Positions 46,982-58,222 of a stretch of DNA of 64,000 nucleotides are shown piece after piece. The position numbers were made by a program, and so were the translations under genes. The DNA comes from Limnochordia bacterium (GTDB lineage: Bacteria > Bacillota > Limnochordia > DTU080): positions 32,001-96,000 of the forward strand of contig JBMNJG010000002.1 of the NCBI GenBank assembly GCA_050951545.1. The letters run 5' to 3'. Positions within the stretch are counted from its first letter, which is position 1. Each line of letters opens with the position of its first letter. The notes below the pieces were generated by a model. That model saw nothing but the letters and a program-made list of their open reading frames with translations. It had not been told where the DNA came from and searched no databases.

Positions 46982-49144
46982 GTGAAGCTATGGCGATTCG
47001 TATCTGTCAGCGCGATCCTGACTGCTATCACGACCTGTGCCGCGGTAAGCTTGGCTACTGTCGGTCTTGCAGCACCTCGTCTTTGTCTGGTGGTCACAGA
47101 CAGCCTGGACCTCATGGAGATAGCGACGGATGCCAGTTGGCAGCAACTGGTTAGTCAGGGCAGCATTGGTCTGATTAACACCCGTACCGCTGGGCGGGTC
47201 CATGCCGCAGCCACACATCTAAGCATCGGTGCCAGCTTTCGCGCCGATGCGCCCACTGGTGCCGTCCTTGCTCTGGACGCGAGCGAACTATTTCAGGGTC
47301 TGGAGGCTGGTGCGGCCTTCACTGCACTCACTCAACAGGCACCTGTGCAGGATGGGGTAATGGTACTCAGCCTGCCTCAACTGCAGCGGGCCAACACCTT
47401 CGCTACTTCCGAAGCAGGGGTGGGTTGGCTCGGCCGTCAGTTACGGGAAAAGGGTCTCTCGGTTGCTCTTGTGGGCAACTCTGACACGCTAGACAACACG
47501 CGCCGCCCCTCCGCTCTCATCGCTATGGACGAGGAAGGACGAATACCTCTGGGCAACGTCAGCAAGGAGCTTTTCCGCACAGACCCGGAGTGGCCATTTG
47601 GCAGACGTACCGACTACGAAGCGCTGTCTGAAACACTTTCGCGCTACCGTCATGTGGATCTGCTCGCCATCGAGCTCGGCGATCTGGCTCGCCTGGATGC
47701 CTATCGGGATCGCATCAGTGAGCAGCAGTGGCAGCGTTGGCGCAGACGAGCGGTACAAGAGATGGGGGAGTTCATCACCAAACTGCTGCAGAAGTGGAAA
47801 ACCCCACTTCTGGTCGTTGCCCCGACCCCACGCGCTGACCGACTTACTGCCGGACATTGGCTGGCACCTGCGCTGCTTGTTGAACCAAGGACCCAGCCAG
47901 GCCTTCTCAGTTCCCGCAACACCCGACGAGCGGGCATCGCAGTCAATATAGAACTGGCTGCCGTGGTGCTAGCCCTTGTCGAGGGTAACCCCCCGGAGCC
48001 GTGGTTTTCGCAGCCCCACCCCAACGCCATGGCCATACTGGCTAGCGACTACCAACACATCACAAGTACCCATGACCAGCGAAAACCCGTGCTGCAGAGC
48101 TATGTGATCTTGTGCATCATCGTCTTTTCCGTCTCGATGTTGATCATCTGGGCTACGACTTATGGCGGGCTGCGGCGTCCCGCAGTATGGCATATCACCT
48201 TGCTAAGCATTGCCGCCTTTCCATTGGCCCTGCTTATCTTGCCGCTAGTCGTTCCGTCTTCCGCTACCGAGGCGCTGGTAGTCGCTGGCGCGATCGCCAT
48301 TGCGCTGGCGTTGGGCGGGTGGTATCTAGGAAGACGCTCACTACACAGCTATCTCATCGTGCTCAGCACCACGAGTGCTGCTCTGTGCCTCGATCTTATG
48401 TGTCGCACGAACTTGATTCAACGGTCGATTCTAGGATACGATTGCATTGGCGGTGCGCGCTATTACGGCATCGGCAACGAATACGTGGGTGTGCTTCTCA
48501 CGTCAAGCGTGATGGTTGCTGGCATGCTGCTACAGACCTATGCGCACCGCCTTGCGCGCCCCATAGCCATTTTGTTTCTAGGGTTGGTCGCATTAGTAGT
48601 TGGTGCCCCCTGGTGGGGGGCCAATAACGGCGGTGCCCTAGCCGCCTTTGTCGGCTTCTCGCTAACCATACTTCTGATCACAGAGGCGCCTATCACCTGG
48701 CGCCAGCTCTTGCGCATAGCCCTCGGCATTGCTGTGGCAGCTGGTGCCGCGATCGCTGTTGACCTGTTCATGTGGCCGCAAAGCCCCTCGCATCTGGGCC
48801 TCCTAGCCCGCAGGGTCGCTACAGAAGGCTTGGAGCCCCTGGTGACTACGGCAAGCCGCAAGATCGCCATGAATCTGCGTTTATTCAGGTACACGATCTG
48901 GACAAGAGTTCTGGTTGTTTCCCTGGCAATCACCCTGTGGCTGCTTCACAGGCCAGCGGCCTGGGTGCGGCAGCTCTTGAAACGTTTCCCCGTGGTCTTG
49001 GCCGCCACAAAAGGGGCCCTTATCACAGCGGTCGTGGCGCTGTTAGTCAATGACTCTGGAGTGGTAGCGGCAGCCACTGCCATGATTCCAGTGACGACAG
49101 TCCTTCTTTTTCTTGCCATAGCACCCGTCTCGCAACAGGAGTAG
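46982..49144 (+). CDS. Conserved membrane protein: alkaline-phosphatase/mutase-like extracellular domain plus multi-TM C-terminus
   Basis: GSIGLINTRT, GRRTDY, NTRRAG, GARYYGIGNEYVG, GANNGG, SHLG, NDSGVVAAA. Confidence 0.75.
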   Translation: MKLWRFVSVSAILTAITTCAAVSLATVGLAAPRLCLVVTDSLDLMEIATDASWQQLVSQGSIGLINTRTAGRVHAAATHLSIGASFRADAPTGAVLALDASELFQGLEAGAAFTALTQQAPVQDGVMVLSLPQLQRANTFATSEAGVGWLGRQLREKGLSVALVGNSDTLDNTRRPSALIAMDEEGRIPLGNVSKELFRTDPEWPFGRRTDYEALSETLSRYRHVDLLAIELGDLARLDAYRDRISEQQWQRWRRRAVQEMGEFITKLLQKWKTPLLVVAPTPRADRLTAGHWLAPALLVEPRTQPGLLSSRNTRRAGIAVNIELAAVVLALVEGNPPEPWFSQPHPNAMAILASDYQHITSTHDQRKPVLQSYVILCIIVFSVSMLIIWATTYGGLRRPAVWHITLLSIAAFPLALLILPLVVPSSATEALVVAGAIAIALALGGWYLGRRSLHSYLIVLSTTSAALCLDLMCRTNLIQRSILGYDCIGGARYYGIGNEYVGVLLTSSVMVAGMLLQTYAHRLARPIAILFLGLVALVVGAPWWGANNGGALAAFVGFSLTILLITEAPITWRQLLRIALGIAVAAGAAIAVDLFMWPQSPSHLGLLARRVATEGLEPLVTTASRKIAMNLRLFRYTIWTRVLVVSLAITLWLLHRPAAWVRQLLKRFPVVLAATKGALITAVVALLVNDSGVVAAATAMIPVTTVLLFLAIAPVSQQE

Positions 49145-49204
49145 TGCGCTTTGTGGGAAATAAGACAAAGGCGGTTCGTAATTTGCACGGGGGTGTTGTA
49201 AAGC

Positions 49205-50875
49205 ATGCTATCAGATGTTGAAATCGCACAGTCGACCATCTTGCGTCCCATTGCGGGCATTGCACAGGATCTCGGGTTACACGAAGATGAACTTGAACTC
49301 TACGGCACACACAAAGCGAAGCTCTCTTTGTCCATCTTGCAGCGTCTGAAGAACGCTCCAGACGGCAAACTGATCTACACCACAGCCATTACCGCCACCC
49401 CAGCCGGAGAGGGAAAGACTACTACAGCCATTGGACTTACCCAGGGACTTGCCAGCCTTGACAAACGGGCTATGGTCGCATTGCGAGAGCCTTCACTGGG
49501 CCCGGTCTTTGGCATCAAAGGGGGTGCCACTGGCGGAGGCTATGCCCAGGTAGTGCCTATGGAAGATATCAACCTGCACTTCACGGGCGACATCCATGCC
49601 GTAGGAGCGGCTCACAACCTGCTCGCCGCTGCCATCGATAACCATATCTACCAGGGCAATCGCCTCAACATCAATCCCCGCCGTGTGCTGTGGCGTCGCG
49701 TCATGGATATGAACGATCGACAGTTACGCAACATCGTGGTGGGACTAGGCGGCCCGCTCAGCGGAGTACCCCGCGAGACTGGTTTCGATATCACTGTCGC
49801 CTCTGAGGTCATGGCCATTCTCTGCTTAGCCTCCAGCCCTGCTGACCTGAAAGAGCGACTGAAACGTATGCTCGTCGGTTTCACCATGGACAACCAACCC
49901 GTCTACGCTGCCGATTTGGGCGTCGCGGGTTCCATGGCCGTCTTGCTCAAGGATGCGCTCAAGCCCAACCTGGTACAGACCCTAGAAGGCCAGCCCGCCT
50001 TGATTCATGGAGGCCCCTTTGCCAACATCGCTCACGGCAACAACTCCATCTTGGCTACACGCATGGCCCTCAAACTGGTGGACTACGTGATCACAGAGGG
50101 TGGATTTGCCGCAGATCTGGGCGCTGAGAAGTTCTTTGATATTGTCCATGGCTACTCCGGCCTGACGCCGGATCTGGCTGTATTGGTGGCTTCTGTCAGG
50201 GCGTTGAACATGCATGGTGGAGTGGAGCGCGACCGCGTGGCCGAAGAGAACCTGCCAGCACTAGAAGCGGGTCTTGCCAATTTAGGGCGACACATTGAAA
50301 GCTTGGGCAAGTTTGGGTTGCCAGTTGTGGTAGCCATCAATCGCTTTCCGACAGACACCGATGCCGAGTTACAGCTAGTCCAAGAGTATTGCTCGAAGAG
50401 GGGCATCCGCTCAGCTATCTCCGATGTAGTCGCCAAAGGCGGTGAGGGCGGTCGAGAACTCGCTCAGGTTGTACTAGAGACACTAGAGAGTCAGCCAGCG
50501 AGCTTCCGTTCCTTGTACGATTGGTCTTTGCCCATTAAAGAGAAGCTAGAGACAGTAGCCCAGGAGGTCTACGGTGCTGACGGCGTCGTCTACACAGCAA
50601 ACGCGGAGAAAGACATCGCCCTGTGCACGCAACTAGGACTGACCGACCTACCTGTCTGCATAGCCAAAACACAACACTCTATTACAGATGACCCTGCCAT
50701 CAAGGGTGCCCCCACGGGCTTTTCGATCACCGTAAGAGAGGTGCGTCCAGCACCAGGGGCCGGGTTCTTGGTCTGCCTAACCGGTGACGTCATGACCATG
50801 CCCGGGCTGCCCAGGCAGCCAGCCGCTGAGATTATTGATTTGACTGAGGATGGCGTGATTACTGGCTTGCGCTAG
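49205..50875 (+). CDS. fhs: Formate--tetrahydrofolate ligase
   Basis: TPAGEGKTT, LREPSLGP, GIKGGATGGGYAQVVPM, HGGPFANIAHG, MTMPGLP. Confidence 0.97.
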   Translation: MLSDVEIAQSTILRPIAGIAQDLGLHEDELELYGTHKAKLSLSILQRLKNAPDGKLIYTTAITATPAGEGKTTTAIGLTQGLASLDKRAMVALREPSLGPVFGIKGGATGGGYAQVVPMEDINLHFTGDIHAVGAAHNLLAAAIDNHIYQGNRLNINPRRVLWRRVMDMNDRQLRNIVVGLGGPLSGVPRETGFDITVASEVMAILCLASSPADLKERLKRMLVGFTMDNQPVYAADLGVAGSMAVLLKDALKPNLVQTLEGQPALIHGGPFANIAHGNNSILATRMALKLVDYVITEGGFAADLGAEKFFDIVHGYSGLTPDLAVLVASVRALNMHGGVERDRVAEENLPALEAGLANLGRHIESLGKFGLPVVVAINRFPTDTDAELQLVQEYCSKRGIRSAISDVVAKGGEGGRELAQVVLETLESQPASFRSLYDWSLPIKEKLETVAQEVYGADGVVYTANAEKDIALCTQLGLTDLPVCIAKTQHSITDDPAIKGAPTGFSITVREVRPAPGAGFLVCLTGDVMTMPGLPRQPAAEIIDLTEDGVITGLR

Positions 50876-51713
50876 AAGCATCCCTGGGGTACGAGCCCAA
50901 CACACGTACGAACGAGCAATGGTGGCGCAGGCCCTCGAGGGCCTGCGCCACGCCCGTATCATCGACATGCCCCTCCATGTCCACCAGGAAGATGTACTCG
51001 CCCAGGTGGCGCCGAGCGGGCCGTGACTCTAGCTTACTCAAGTTGATGTCCCGACAAGCGAACTCGTACAGAGCCCGATAAAGATGGCCGGGTCGGTCAT
51101 CTGGAAAAGCAAAGGAAATGGAGGTTCTGTCATACCCAGTCGCTTCAGGTAGCGCATCAGCGACTACAAAAAAGCGGGTGGCATTGCCCTCTTCATCCTG
51201 CAGATCGCGAGCCATTACCTCCAGGCTGTAGAGCTCGGCGGCCAGCTCCGTGCCCACTGCTGCCAAACGCAGGTCGGCCTTGTCACGCACGATCTTCGCC
51301 GCCTCAGCCGTACTACTGGAGGGACACAGCTCGGCCCCAGGTAGCATCTCACTCAGATGGCGCCTGCATTGTGCTAACGCGTGCGGATGCGAGTACACAG
51401 CGACGACCGCTGTGGGATCAGCGCCTGGCAGCGCCAATAGGCTATGGCGTACAGTGATGATCACCTCTCCAACGATGGGCACCTCTACCTCGTGCACGAG
51501 ATAGTCTAGGGTGAGCACTACAGACCCCTCGATGGAATTCTCGGCAGGTACTACACCCAGCTGCAGTTCACCAGCCTCAACCGCCAACAAGACATCGGCT
51601 ATTGTCCGGTGGGCCACCAATACCGGATTGACAATGCCCTGTCTGGCGACATACGCCCGTACGGCTTGCTCCGTGAAGGTACCGCGGGGTCCCAAATAGC
51701 CTATTCGTGTCAC
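50859..51713 (-). CDS. pheA: Prephenate dehydratase
   Basis: YLGPRGTFTE, PAENSIEGSV, SHPHALAQC, NATRF, INLSKLESRP, LGSYP. Confidence 0.95.
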   Translation of the reverse strand: MTRIGYLGPRGTFTEQAVRAYVARQGIVNPVLVAHRTIADVLLAVEAGELQLGVVPAENSIEGSVVLTLDYLVHEVEVPIVGEVIITVRHSLLALPGADPTAVVAVYSHPHALAQCRRHLSEMLPGAELCPSSSTAEAAKIVRDKADLRLAAVGTELAAELYSLEVMARDLQDEEGNATRFFVVADALPEATGYDRTSISFAFPDDRPGHLYRALYEFACRDINLSKLESRPARRHLGEYIFLVDMEGHVDDTGVAQALEGLRHHCSFVRVLGSYPRDASSASQ

Positions 51714-52558
51714 GGGCGCGTGCTCCCCTCATGTCGCCTGGCAATCCAGGCCTGACTGCGGTGCTTAACCTCAAGGGCTTGCGTCATCTTATGCTCATCC
51801 GGGGAAAGAGAGCTAACAGATGTTTTCACCCTCAGCGCCTCTTCGAAACCGCTTATCAGCGCTGAGACCCCCTCGTCGAAACTGACGGAACGGCCGATCA
51901 GTTGAGCCAACCCCGCCGCACTCGTACCGAGCTTTTTAGCGGCTCGTTCGCGATTTTGCTCGCTACGAAACCGAAGCACTCCGTACAGACGCTCCGGCTC
52001 CAACCACAAAGGTACAGAACCGTGCTGCAAGAGCGCACCCTTGCGGCGGACCTGAGCACTGCCTACCACCTTGTGACCAGCCACCACAAGCTCATACCAT
52101 GAAGGGGCATCAAAACAGGCAGCTGCCACGCCAGCCTCACTGCGGTGAGCATGCGCGCGCCCCTGGCTTGAAACGGGTTTCTTCGCCAGCTCAGCGCGCA
52201 GTCCCAACAAAGCCAGGCCTCGCAGCAAACCACGACTCAAATAGCGATAGGACTCCGCAACACCGACGTCGGTTAGCGGGTGTTGCGGAGGTAGGGCAAT
52301 CGAGTAGGTGACCTCTTGAGCATGCAGGATCGCCCGGCCACCTGTTGGGCGACGCACCACGTCTATGCCTTCGCTAGCACAGACGGCGAAGTCAACTGTT
52401 TGCGCATCCTGAAAGTAACCCAAAGATAGTGCATAGGGTTGCCAGCTGTAGAAGCGCAGAGTCGGCTGCTGAACAGAATCCAGCAAGGCTTCATCCACAG
52501 CCATGTTATGCGCACCAGTGGCTGCGCCGTCTAGTAGCAGTCTCCACTCTTCAGTCAC
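51710..52558 (-). CDS. lipM: Octanoyltransferase LipM / lipoate-protein ligase family
   Basis: [43 protein letters not shown]. Confidence 0.85.
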   Translation of the reverse strand: MTEEWRLLLDGAATGAHNMAVDEALLDSVQQPTLRFYSWQPYALSLGYFQDAQTVDFAVCASEGIDVVRRPTGGRAILHAQEVTYSIALPPQHPLTDVGVAESYRYLSRGLLRGLALLGLRAELAKKPVSSQGRAHAHRSEAGVAAACFDAPSWYELVVAGHKVVGSAQVRRKGALLQHGSVPLWLEPERLYGVLRFRSEQNRERAAKKLGTSAAGLAQLIGRSVSFDEGVSALISGFEEALRVKTSVSSLSPDEHKMTQALEVKHRSQAWIARRHEGSTRP

Positions 52559-54023
52559 GAGCAGGCGGACGCCAGGCCAGATCCGGCTGTCGGGCAGCTC
52601 GAGTCTCGTCCAAGCGACCGACGACAGTGTTATGTGGCGCCCCCTTCACCACCTCAGGATCACTGATGGCTTCATCAGCAATGGAGATCATCGCTTCCGC
52701 GAATGCATCCAGAACCTCTAACGGCTCTGTCTCCGTTGGTTCGATCATGATGGCCTCATCAACAATGAGTGGGAAGTAGACAGTCGGCGCATGAATCCCA
52801 TGGTCGAGAAGACGCTTGGCCATGTCGATCGTACGCACGCCATGCTCCTTCTGCCGATTCCCCGACAGTACAAACTCATGTTTGCACGCCCGCTGATAGG
52901 GAACGTCAAAGTATGGTGCCAGCCTATGCATGAGATAGTTCGCATGCAGTACCGCGATCTCACTGACCCGCCGCAACCCATCGGGACCCATGGCCCGAAT
53001 ATAGGCGTACGCCTTGACTAGAACACCGAAACTGCCATAGAACGAGCGCACTCGCCCGATCGAATCGGGGCGATCGTAATCAAGTGCATAGCGCTCATCT
53101 TTCTTGACGACGACAGGGCGTGGCAAAAACGGAGCCAGCGCCTCTGTGACCGCCACCGGACCAGCGCCTGGCCCCCCACCACCATGTGGTGTAGAGAAGG
53201 TCTTGTGCAGGTTGTAGTGAACCACGTCAAAGCCCATGTCGCCAGCCCGAGAGATCCCTAAGATGGCATTGGCGTTAGCCCCATCGTAGTAGAGCAGGCC
53301 TCCTGCGGCATGCACAATGTCGCAAATCTCCTTGATATTCTCATCGAAAAGCCCTAACGTATTGGGGTTAGTAAGCATCAGTGCCGCCGTCTTGGCGCTG
53401 ACGTGCTCGCGCAACGCCGCTACATCCATACCCCCACGGGCATCCGAAGGCACAGTGACCACGTGGCAACCGCACATGGCAGCTGAAGCTGGGTTGGTGC
53501 CGTGACCAGCATCGGGTATCAGAACCTCAGTACGCTGTTCCCCTTCTCCGCGCGCCTTATGGTACGCCCTGATCATCATAAGGCCAGTCAGCTCACCGTG
53601 AGCACCGGCTGCAGGCTGCAAACTAGCGTACGGCAGCCCGGAGATCTCGCACAGGTACTGCTGTAGTAACCACATCATCTCTAAAGCGCCCTGAACACAC
53701 GACTCAGGTTGGTACGGATGGATGCGGGCGAAACCAGGCAAACGTGCAGCCAACTCATTGACCTTTGGATTATACTTCATCGTACACGAACCCAATGGAT
53801 AGAAGCCCACATCGACCGCATGGTTGCGTCTACTTAAGTTCACGTAGTGACGCACTACCTCAAGCTCAGACATCTCCGGTAGAGTCGGATCCTCCTGACG
53901 CAAGAGATCAGCCGGAACGAGACTCTCTATCGGCTCTGCGGGCACATCCAGCGGAGGTAACGTGTATCCTGGCCTCCCAGGTGCGCCTTTCTCGAACAGG
54001 AGCGGTACTCCTTGCTGCATCAT
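52551..54023 (-). CDS. gcvPB: Glycine dehydrogenase subunit 2
   Basis: [42 protein letters not shown]. Confidence 0.96.
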   Translation of the reverse strand: MMQQGVPLLFEKGAPGRPGYTLPPLDVPAEPIESLVPADLLRQEDPTLPEMSELEVVRHYVNLSRRNHAVDVGFYPLGSCTMKYNPKVNELAARLPGFARIHPYQPESCVQGALEMMWLLQQYLCEISGLPYASLQPAAGAHGELTGLMMIRAYHKARGEGEQRTEVLIPDAGHGTNPASAAMCGCHVVTVPSDARGGMDVAALREHVSAKTAALMLTNPNTLGLFDENIKEICDIVHAAGGLLYYDGANANAILGISRAGDMGFDVVHYNLHKTFSTPHGGGGPGAGPVAVTEALAPFLPRPVVVKKDERYALDYDRPDSIGRVRSFYGSFGVLVKAYAYIRAMGPDGLRRVSEIAVLHANYLMHRLAPYFDVPYQRACKHEFVLSGNRQKEHGVRTIDMAKRLLDHGIHAPTVYFPLIVDEAIMIEPTETEPLEVLDAFAEAMISIADEAISDPEVVKGAPHNTVVGRLDETRAARQPDLAWRPPARD

Positions 54024-55375
54024 CTGAGTTCCCCCCTCCGCAAACGCCGTAGGGTGGCTGCCAGTGTGTCGATCTCTTCCCGTGTGCGGGCTTCGGTAAC
54101 GCAGAACAACGCCCAGTTTGCGTAGCGGGAGTCAAAGCGACCCAGAGGTAGTCCACCGATGATCTTCTCTTCCAGCAAGAGCTCATTCAGCTTTTCTACA
54201 TCGTGGTCTACAGCCAATGTGAACTCCTGAAAAAACGGAGCATCAAACGCTGGCTCAAAGCCCGGCAGTTCGCATAGACGCGCCCGTGCATAGTGCGCTT
54301 TCTGCAGACTCTGAGTGGCGATGTCTTTCAGCCCCTGACGCCCTACCAGCGCCAAATAAACAGCGGCCGTTAAGGCGTTTAGAGCCTGGTTACTACAGAT
54401 GTTGGAGGTGGCGCGTTCACGGCGAATGTGTTGCTCACGGGCCTGTAGAGTGAGCACAAAGCCGCGGCGGCCCGCCTGATCTACAGTAGCCCCGACGATG
54501 CGCCCTGGCAGACGACGTATCAACTCTTGCTTAGTCGCCATAAAGCCAACGTATGGCCCACCAAAGCTGACAGCATTGCCGAGTGGTTGGCCCTCACCAA
54601 CGGCAATGTCGGCACCATACTCGCCCGGTGATTTGAGGACGGCCAAAGAGACTGGGTCTACACACGCAACGTAGAGGCCCCCGGCTTCATGTACCGCCTG
54701 ACCTATCTCATCAACGGCCTCCAAGCAGCCAAAGAAGTTCGGTTGCTGGACCACCAAGCCAGCTGTGTCATTTCCCAATAGGTCGCGTAGAGCCTCCATA
54801 TCTATCAGGCCCTCGCGCATAGCTACCATCACCGTGGCCAGCCCTTGCTGCCTCAGATAGGTCTCCATCACCTGTCGATACTCTGGATGAAGCCCCTCTG
54901 CCACCAAGACCGTATTCCTCTTTGTGTGTGCACAGGCCATGATAGCAGCTTCGGCACAGGCGGTCGCTCCATCGTAGACAGAGGCATTCGCCACATCGAG
55001 CCCTGTTAAGAGACAGATGAGACTCTGGAACTCGTAGATACTCTGCAGCACACCCTGGCTCACTTCTGCCTGATAGGGCGTGTAGGTGGTCACAAACTCT
55101 GCACGGCCGACGAGCTCAGCGAGTGCGGCTGGTACCAGCCGGTCATAGACGCCACCGCCCATGAAGCAGGTGTAGGTATCTAAGTCGGCGTTGCGATCAG
55201 CCAACTCCCTCAGATGCGCCACTAGCTGAGCCTCGCTTAAGGCCTCTGGAAGCTGTAGCCTACCCTGGAAACGCACATCCTCAGATATGTCCTCGAACAG
55301 CTCCGCCACGGAGCCGATACCTATCTCTGCCAGCATCTTGGCTTCTTCTTCGCGTGTAGTCGGGATGAAGTTCAA
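54020..55375 (-). CDS. gcvPA: Glycine dehydrogenase subunit 1
   Basis: [38 protein letters not shown]; GAGGAGG RBS then TTG. Confidence 0.96.
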   Translation of the reverse strand: MNFIPTTREEEAKMLAEIGIGSVAELFEDISEDVRFQGRLQLPEALSEAQLVAHLRELADRNADLDTYTCFMGGGVYDRLVPAALAELVGRAEFVTTYTPYQAEVSQGVLQSIYEFQSLICLLTGLDVANASVYDGATACAEAAIMACAHTKRNTVLVAEGLHPEYRQVMETYLRQQGLATVMVAMREGLIDMEALRDLLGNDTAGLVVQQPNFFGCLEAVDEIGQAVHEAGGLYVACVDPVSLAVLKSPGEYGADIAVGEGQPLGNAVSFGGPYVGFMATKQELIRRLPGRIVGATVDQAGRRGFVLTLQAREQHIRRERATSNICSNQALNALTAAVYLALVGRQGLKDIATQSLQKAHYARARLCELPGFEPAFDAPFFQEFTLAVDHDVEKLNELLLEEKIIGGLPLGRFDSRYANWALFCVTEARTREEIDTLAATLRRLRRGELR

Positions 55376-55419
55376 GCAGCTGCACCTCCTCACGACGGGT
55401 AAGTCGTAGCTACCCAAAT

Positions 55420-55800
55420 CTACTCTCCAATGAGCTCCTCGTACTGCGTCGCTGTGAGAAGAGCATCGGCTTCTGCCGCATCCGTCACTTCAATGATGGC
55501 AATCCAGCCCTCACCGTACGGATCCTCATTGATAAGCTCAGGCCTGTCGGCCAGTGCGTCGTTCACTTCGGCCACCTTGCCCGACACCGGTGCGTAGATA
55601 TCCGAGACAGCCTTTACCGACTCCACTACCGCAAAATCGTCGCCAGCGGCCACTGTAGCTCCTACTTCGGGTAGCTCAACGAATACGACGTCACCGAGTT
55701 CTTTTTGGGCAAATTCGGTAATGCCGATCTTGGCTCGATTGCCCTCTTCCAGCTTCAGCCATTCATGTTCCTCGCTGTATTTCAGATCCGCTGGATACAT
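55420..55800 (-). CDS. gcvH: Glycine cleavage H protein
   Basis: [26 protein letters not shown], lipoyl-Lys motif [19 protein letters not shown]. Confidence 0.96.
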   Translation of the reverse strand: MYPADLKYSEEHEWLKLEEGNRAKIGITEFAQKELGDVVFVELPEVGATVAAGDDFAVVESVKAVSDIYAPVSGKVAEVNDALADRPELINEDPYGEGWIAIIEVTDAAEADALLTATQYEELIGE

Positions 55801-55831
55801 TAGAACCACCCTTTCTTCTACGTTTTCGGGG

Positions 55832-56935
55832 TTACGACGGGCGTCGCCGAGTATGCCCCTGCACAAACCGACCCTTGATGATCTCAGCCGGGCGAGCCTT
55901 CCCTCGCACATCGATGAAGATGCGAGAGCCCGCTTTCGCCAGACTCGTTTCCACATAGCCCATGCCAATATCCTTCTCCATTGTGGGAGAGAATGAGCCA
56001 CTGGTCACGGTGCCAATCGGTGTCCCCTGCTCATCACAGATGGAGTACCCATGCCTGGGAATTCCTCGACCTTCAACTACGAAGGCCACCAAACGCCTTG
56101 ACACCCCTGCTTCCTTCTGGGCAAGCAGAGCCTCGCGTCCTATGAAATCAGGCTTATCGAGCTTGACGAAGAAGCCAAGCCCCGCCTCAAGCGGCGTAGT
56201 CTCTTCATCGATGTCGTTGCCATAGAGCGTCAGCCTGGCCTCCAGACGCAAGGTGTCCCTGGCACCCAATCCGACAGGCACCATGCCCAAAGGTGTCCCC
56301 ACACTCATCAGCGCTTCCCAAACGCCTGCGGCCTCGTCTGCAGGGAAGTACAGCTCAAAGCCGTCTTCACCAGTGTAGCCCGTGCGTGAGATGATGCTGG
56401 GAACACTGGCTACGCTTCCATTCATCCATTCGAAGCTGTACAACTCACTCAGACTGGCAGATGTAACTGATTGCAGGATCTGCTCTGCCAATGGGCCTTG
56501 AAGCGCGATCAGTGCAGTCTGTTCACTGCGGTCTTCCAGACGTACCTCGCCCTTCAGATGCTCCTGCAGCCAAGCAATGTCCTTCTCAGTGTTGGCCGCA
56601 TTGACCACCAACAGGTAACCCTCCGCCACTCGATAGACGAGGATGTCGTCAAGAATGCCACCGCTGGGCACGCAAAGCATGGTATACTGCGCCTGCCCAG
56701 CCCCCAGGGTTGACAAATCGTTTGTGGTAACTGTCTGCAACGCGTGAAGTGCATCGGGGCCGCTAACAAGAAGCTCTCCCATGTGCGACAGGTCGAACAT
56801 ACCAGCCTTCGTGCGCACCGTGCGATGTTCGGCTAGAACACCGCTGTACTGCACTGGCATGTCCCATCCCCCGAACTCAACCATCCTTGCTCCAGCCGCC
56901 CTATGGATTTCGTTCAGTGGTGTGCGCCTGAGCAT
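55832..56935 (-). CDS. gcvT: Aminomethyltransferase (T protein)
   Basis: [39 protein letters not shown]. Confidence 0.96.
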   Translation of the reverse strand: MLRRTPLNEIHRAAGARMVEFGGWDMPVQYSGVLAEHRTVRTKAGMFDLSHMGELLVSGPDALHALQTVTTNDLSTLGAGQAQYTMLCVPSGGILDDILVYRVAEGYLLVVNAANTEKDIAWLQEHLKGEVRLEDRSEQTALIALQGPLAEQILQSVTSASLSELYSFEWMNGSVASVPSIISRTGYTGEDGFELYFPADEAAGVWEALMSVGTPLGMVPVGLGARDTLRLEARLTLYGNDIDEETTPLEAGLGFFVKLDKPDFIGREALLAQKEAGVSRRLVAFVVEGRGIPRHGYSICDEQGTPIGTVTSGSFSPTMEKDIGMGYVETSLAKAGSRIFIDVRGKARPAEIIKGRFVQGHTRRRPS

Positions 56936-57214
56936 AGTCCGCCCCCTTTTTTCTATTGCCGCTTCCTACCCGTACCCTTAGGCCTATTGGCTCATATAAT
57001 GCAGGGCTAAGGCACGCCAAGAAACCGCTTTCGGGCGGGCAGGAGGCTGACAATGCTGATACGATTGCTGGCTACCATTCTGACGCCAATTCTTAACCCA
57101 ATCTTGCGCCGCAGCAAACATACGATGGTACTGGTGATTCGTCGCAAAGCCTAGACTTGGATGAGACGCCCCGCCTGCCGGGCGTCTGCATCCGCGTCTT
57201 GGCCCCGTCTGTCA

Positions 57215-58129
57215 CTACTTGAAGACTGGCGTGCACCATTTGCGAAATTCGGGGTGCTTTCCTCGGACAACATCAAAGTAGAGTGTCTGAATTTGCTTCA
57301 CCACAGGACCGATCTGGCCATCGCCTACGGGTCGATGGTCGATCTCCGTAATCGGGGAGACCTGCGCTCCGGTACCGACCACGAAAAGCTCGTCGGCTAT
57401 GTAGAGCTCCGTACGGTCGATGGGGCGTTCCACTGTTTCTATGCCCACATGGGCGGCCACCTGCAGAAGGCTGTCTCGGGTGATTCCTTCGAGAATATCA
57501 GCGGTAGTGGGCGGAGTGATTAGTTTCCCTCCACGCACCATAAAGACGTTCTCGGCGCTGCCCTCAGACACATGCCCATCGTTCGTGAGAAAGATGGCCT
57601 CATCGTAGCCGTCATCTAGTGCTTCCGTCTTGGCCAACGCGGCATTTACGTAGGCTCCGTTTACCTTGGCCCGCATGGGAATCGCGTTGTCATCAAGGTG
57701 ACGCCATGAAGAAACCCGGGCCCGCAAGCCGCGCGACATGTCTAGGTAATCGCCAAAGGGCAGAGCAAACAGTAAAAATGCATCGTCAAGCCCAGTCAGC
57801 TTCACACCGATGGCTTCCGTAGACTTATAGAAGACAGGCCTAATGTAGACGTCGGTTCGATCGCCGTTCTTGCTCAGCAGCGTCTTGGTGATGTCACAGA
57901 GATCATCCGCAGTATATTCTGACTCCATGCGCAAGATCCTGCAGGAATTCAGCAGGCGTTCGTAGTGCTCTTTTGCCCGAAAGATAAGTAGATCCTGCTC
58001 ATCCTCGGCCCAGTAGGCCCGAATGCCTTCAAAACAGGCTGTCCCATACAGGAAGGCGTGGGTGCGAATGCCGATTTTGGCCTCATCCAGAGGCACGTAA
58101 CGACCCTCAAAGAACGCATACCTCGTCAT
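57215..58129 (-). CDS. ilvE: Branched-chain amino acid aminotransferase
   Basis: YGTACFEGIRAY, AKVNGAY, EGSAENVF, LEGITR, GTGAQVSPI. Confidence 0.93.
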   Translation of the reverse strand: MTRYAFFEGRYVPLDEAKIGIRTHAFLYGTACFEGIRAYWAEDEQDLLIFRAKEHYERLLNSCRILRMESEYTADDLCDITKTLLSKNGDRTDVYIRPVFYKSTEAIGVKLTGLDDAFLLFALPFGDYLDMSRGLRARVSSWRHLDDNAIPMRAKVNGAYVNAALAKTEALDDGYDEAIFLTNDGHVSEGSAENVFMVRGGKLITPPTTADILEGITRDSLLQVAAHVGIETVERPIDRTELYIADELFVVGTGAQVSPITEIDHRPVGDGQIGPVVKQIQTLYFDVVRGKHPEFRKWCTPVFK

Positions 58130-58222
58130 AGTTCTCTCCTCACTTGTCTTTTGAAGTGGCTTCCCTGCTGCAGGAGGTATTCCTCCCACGGTGGGCTGCA
58201 AAACGCTCGAAGGATGCGCCAG

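Noticed and set aside
56936-57214. Glycine riboswitch before gcvT
   Set aside because: No tandem GGAGA/CCGAAG/CTCTCAGG aptamer signatures seen.
58130-58222. T-box or attenuator before ilvE
   Set aside because: The gap is only about 90 bp and lacks the T-box consensus.
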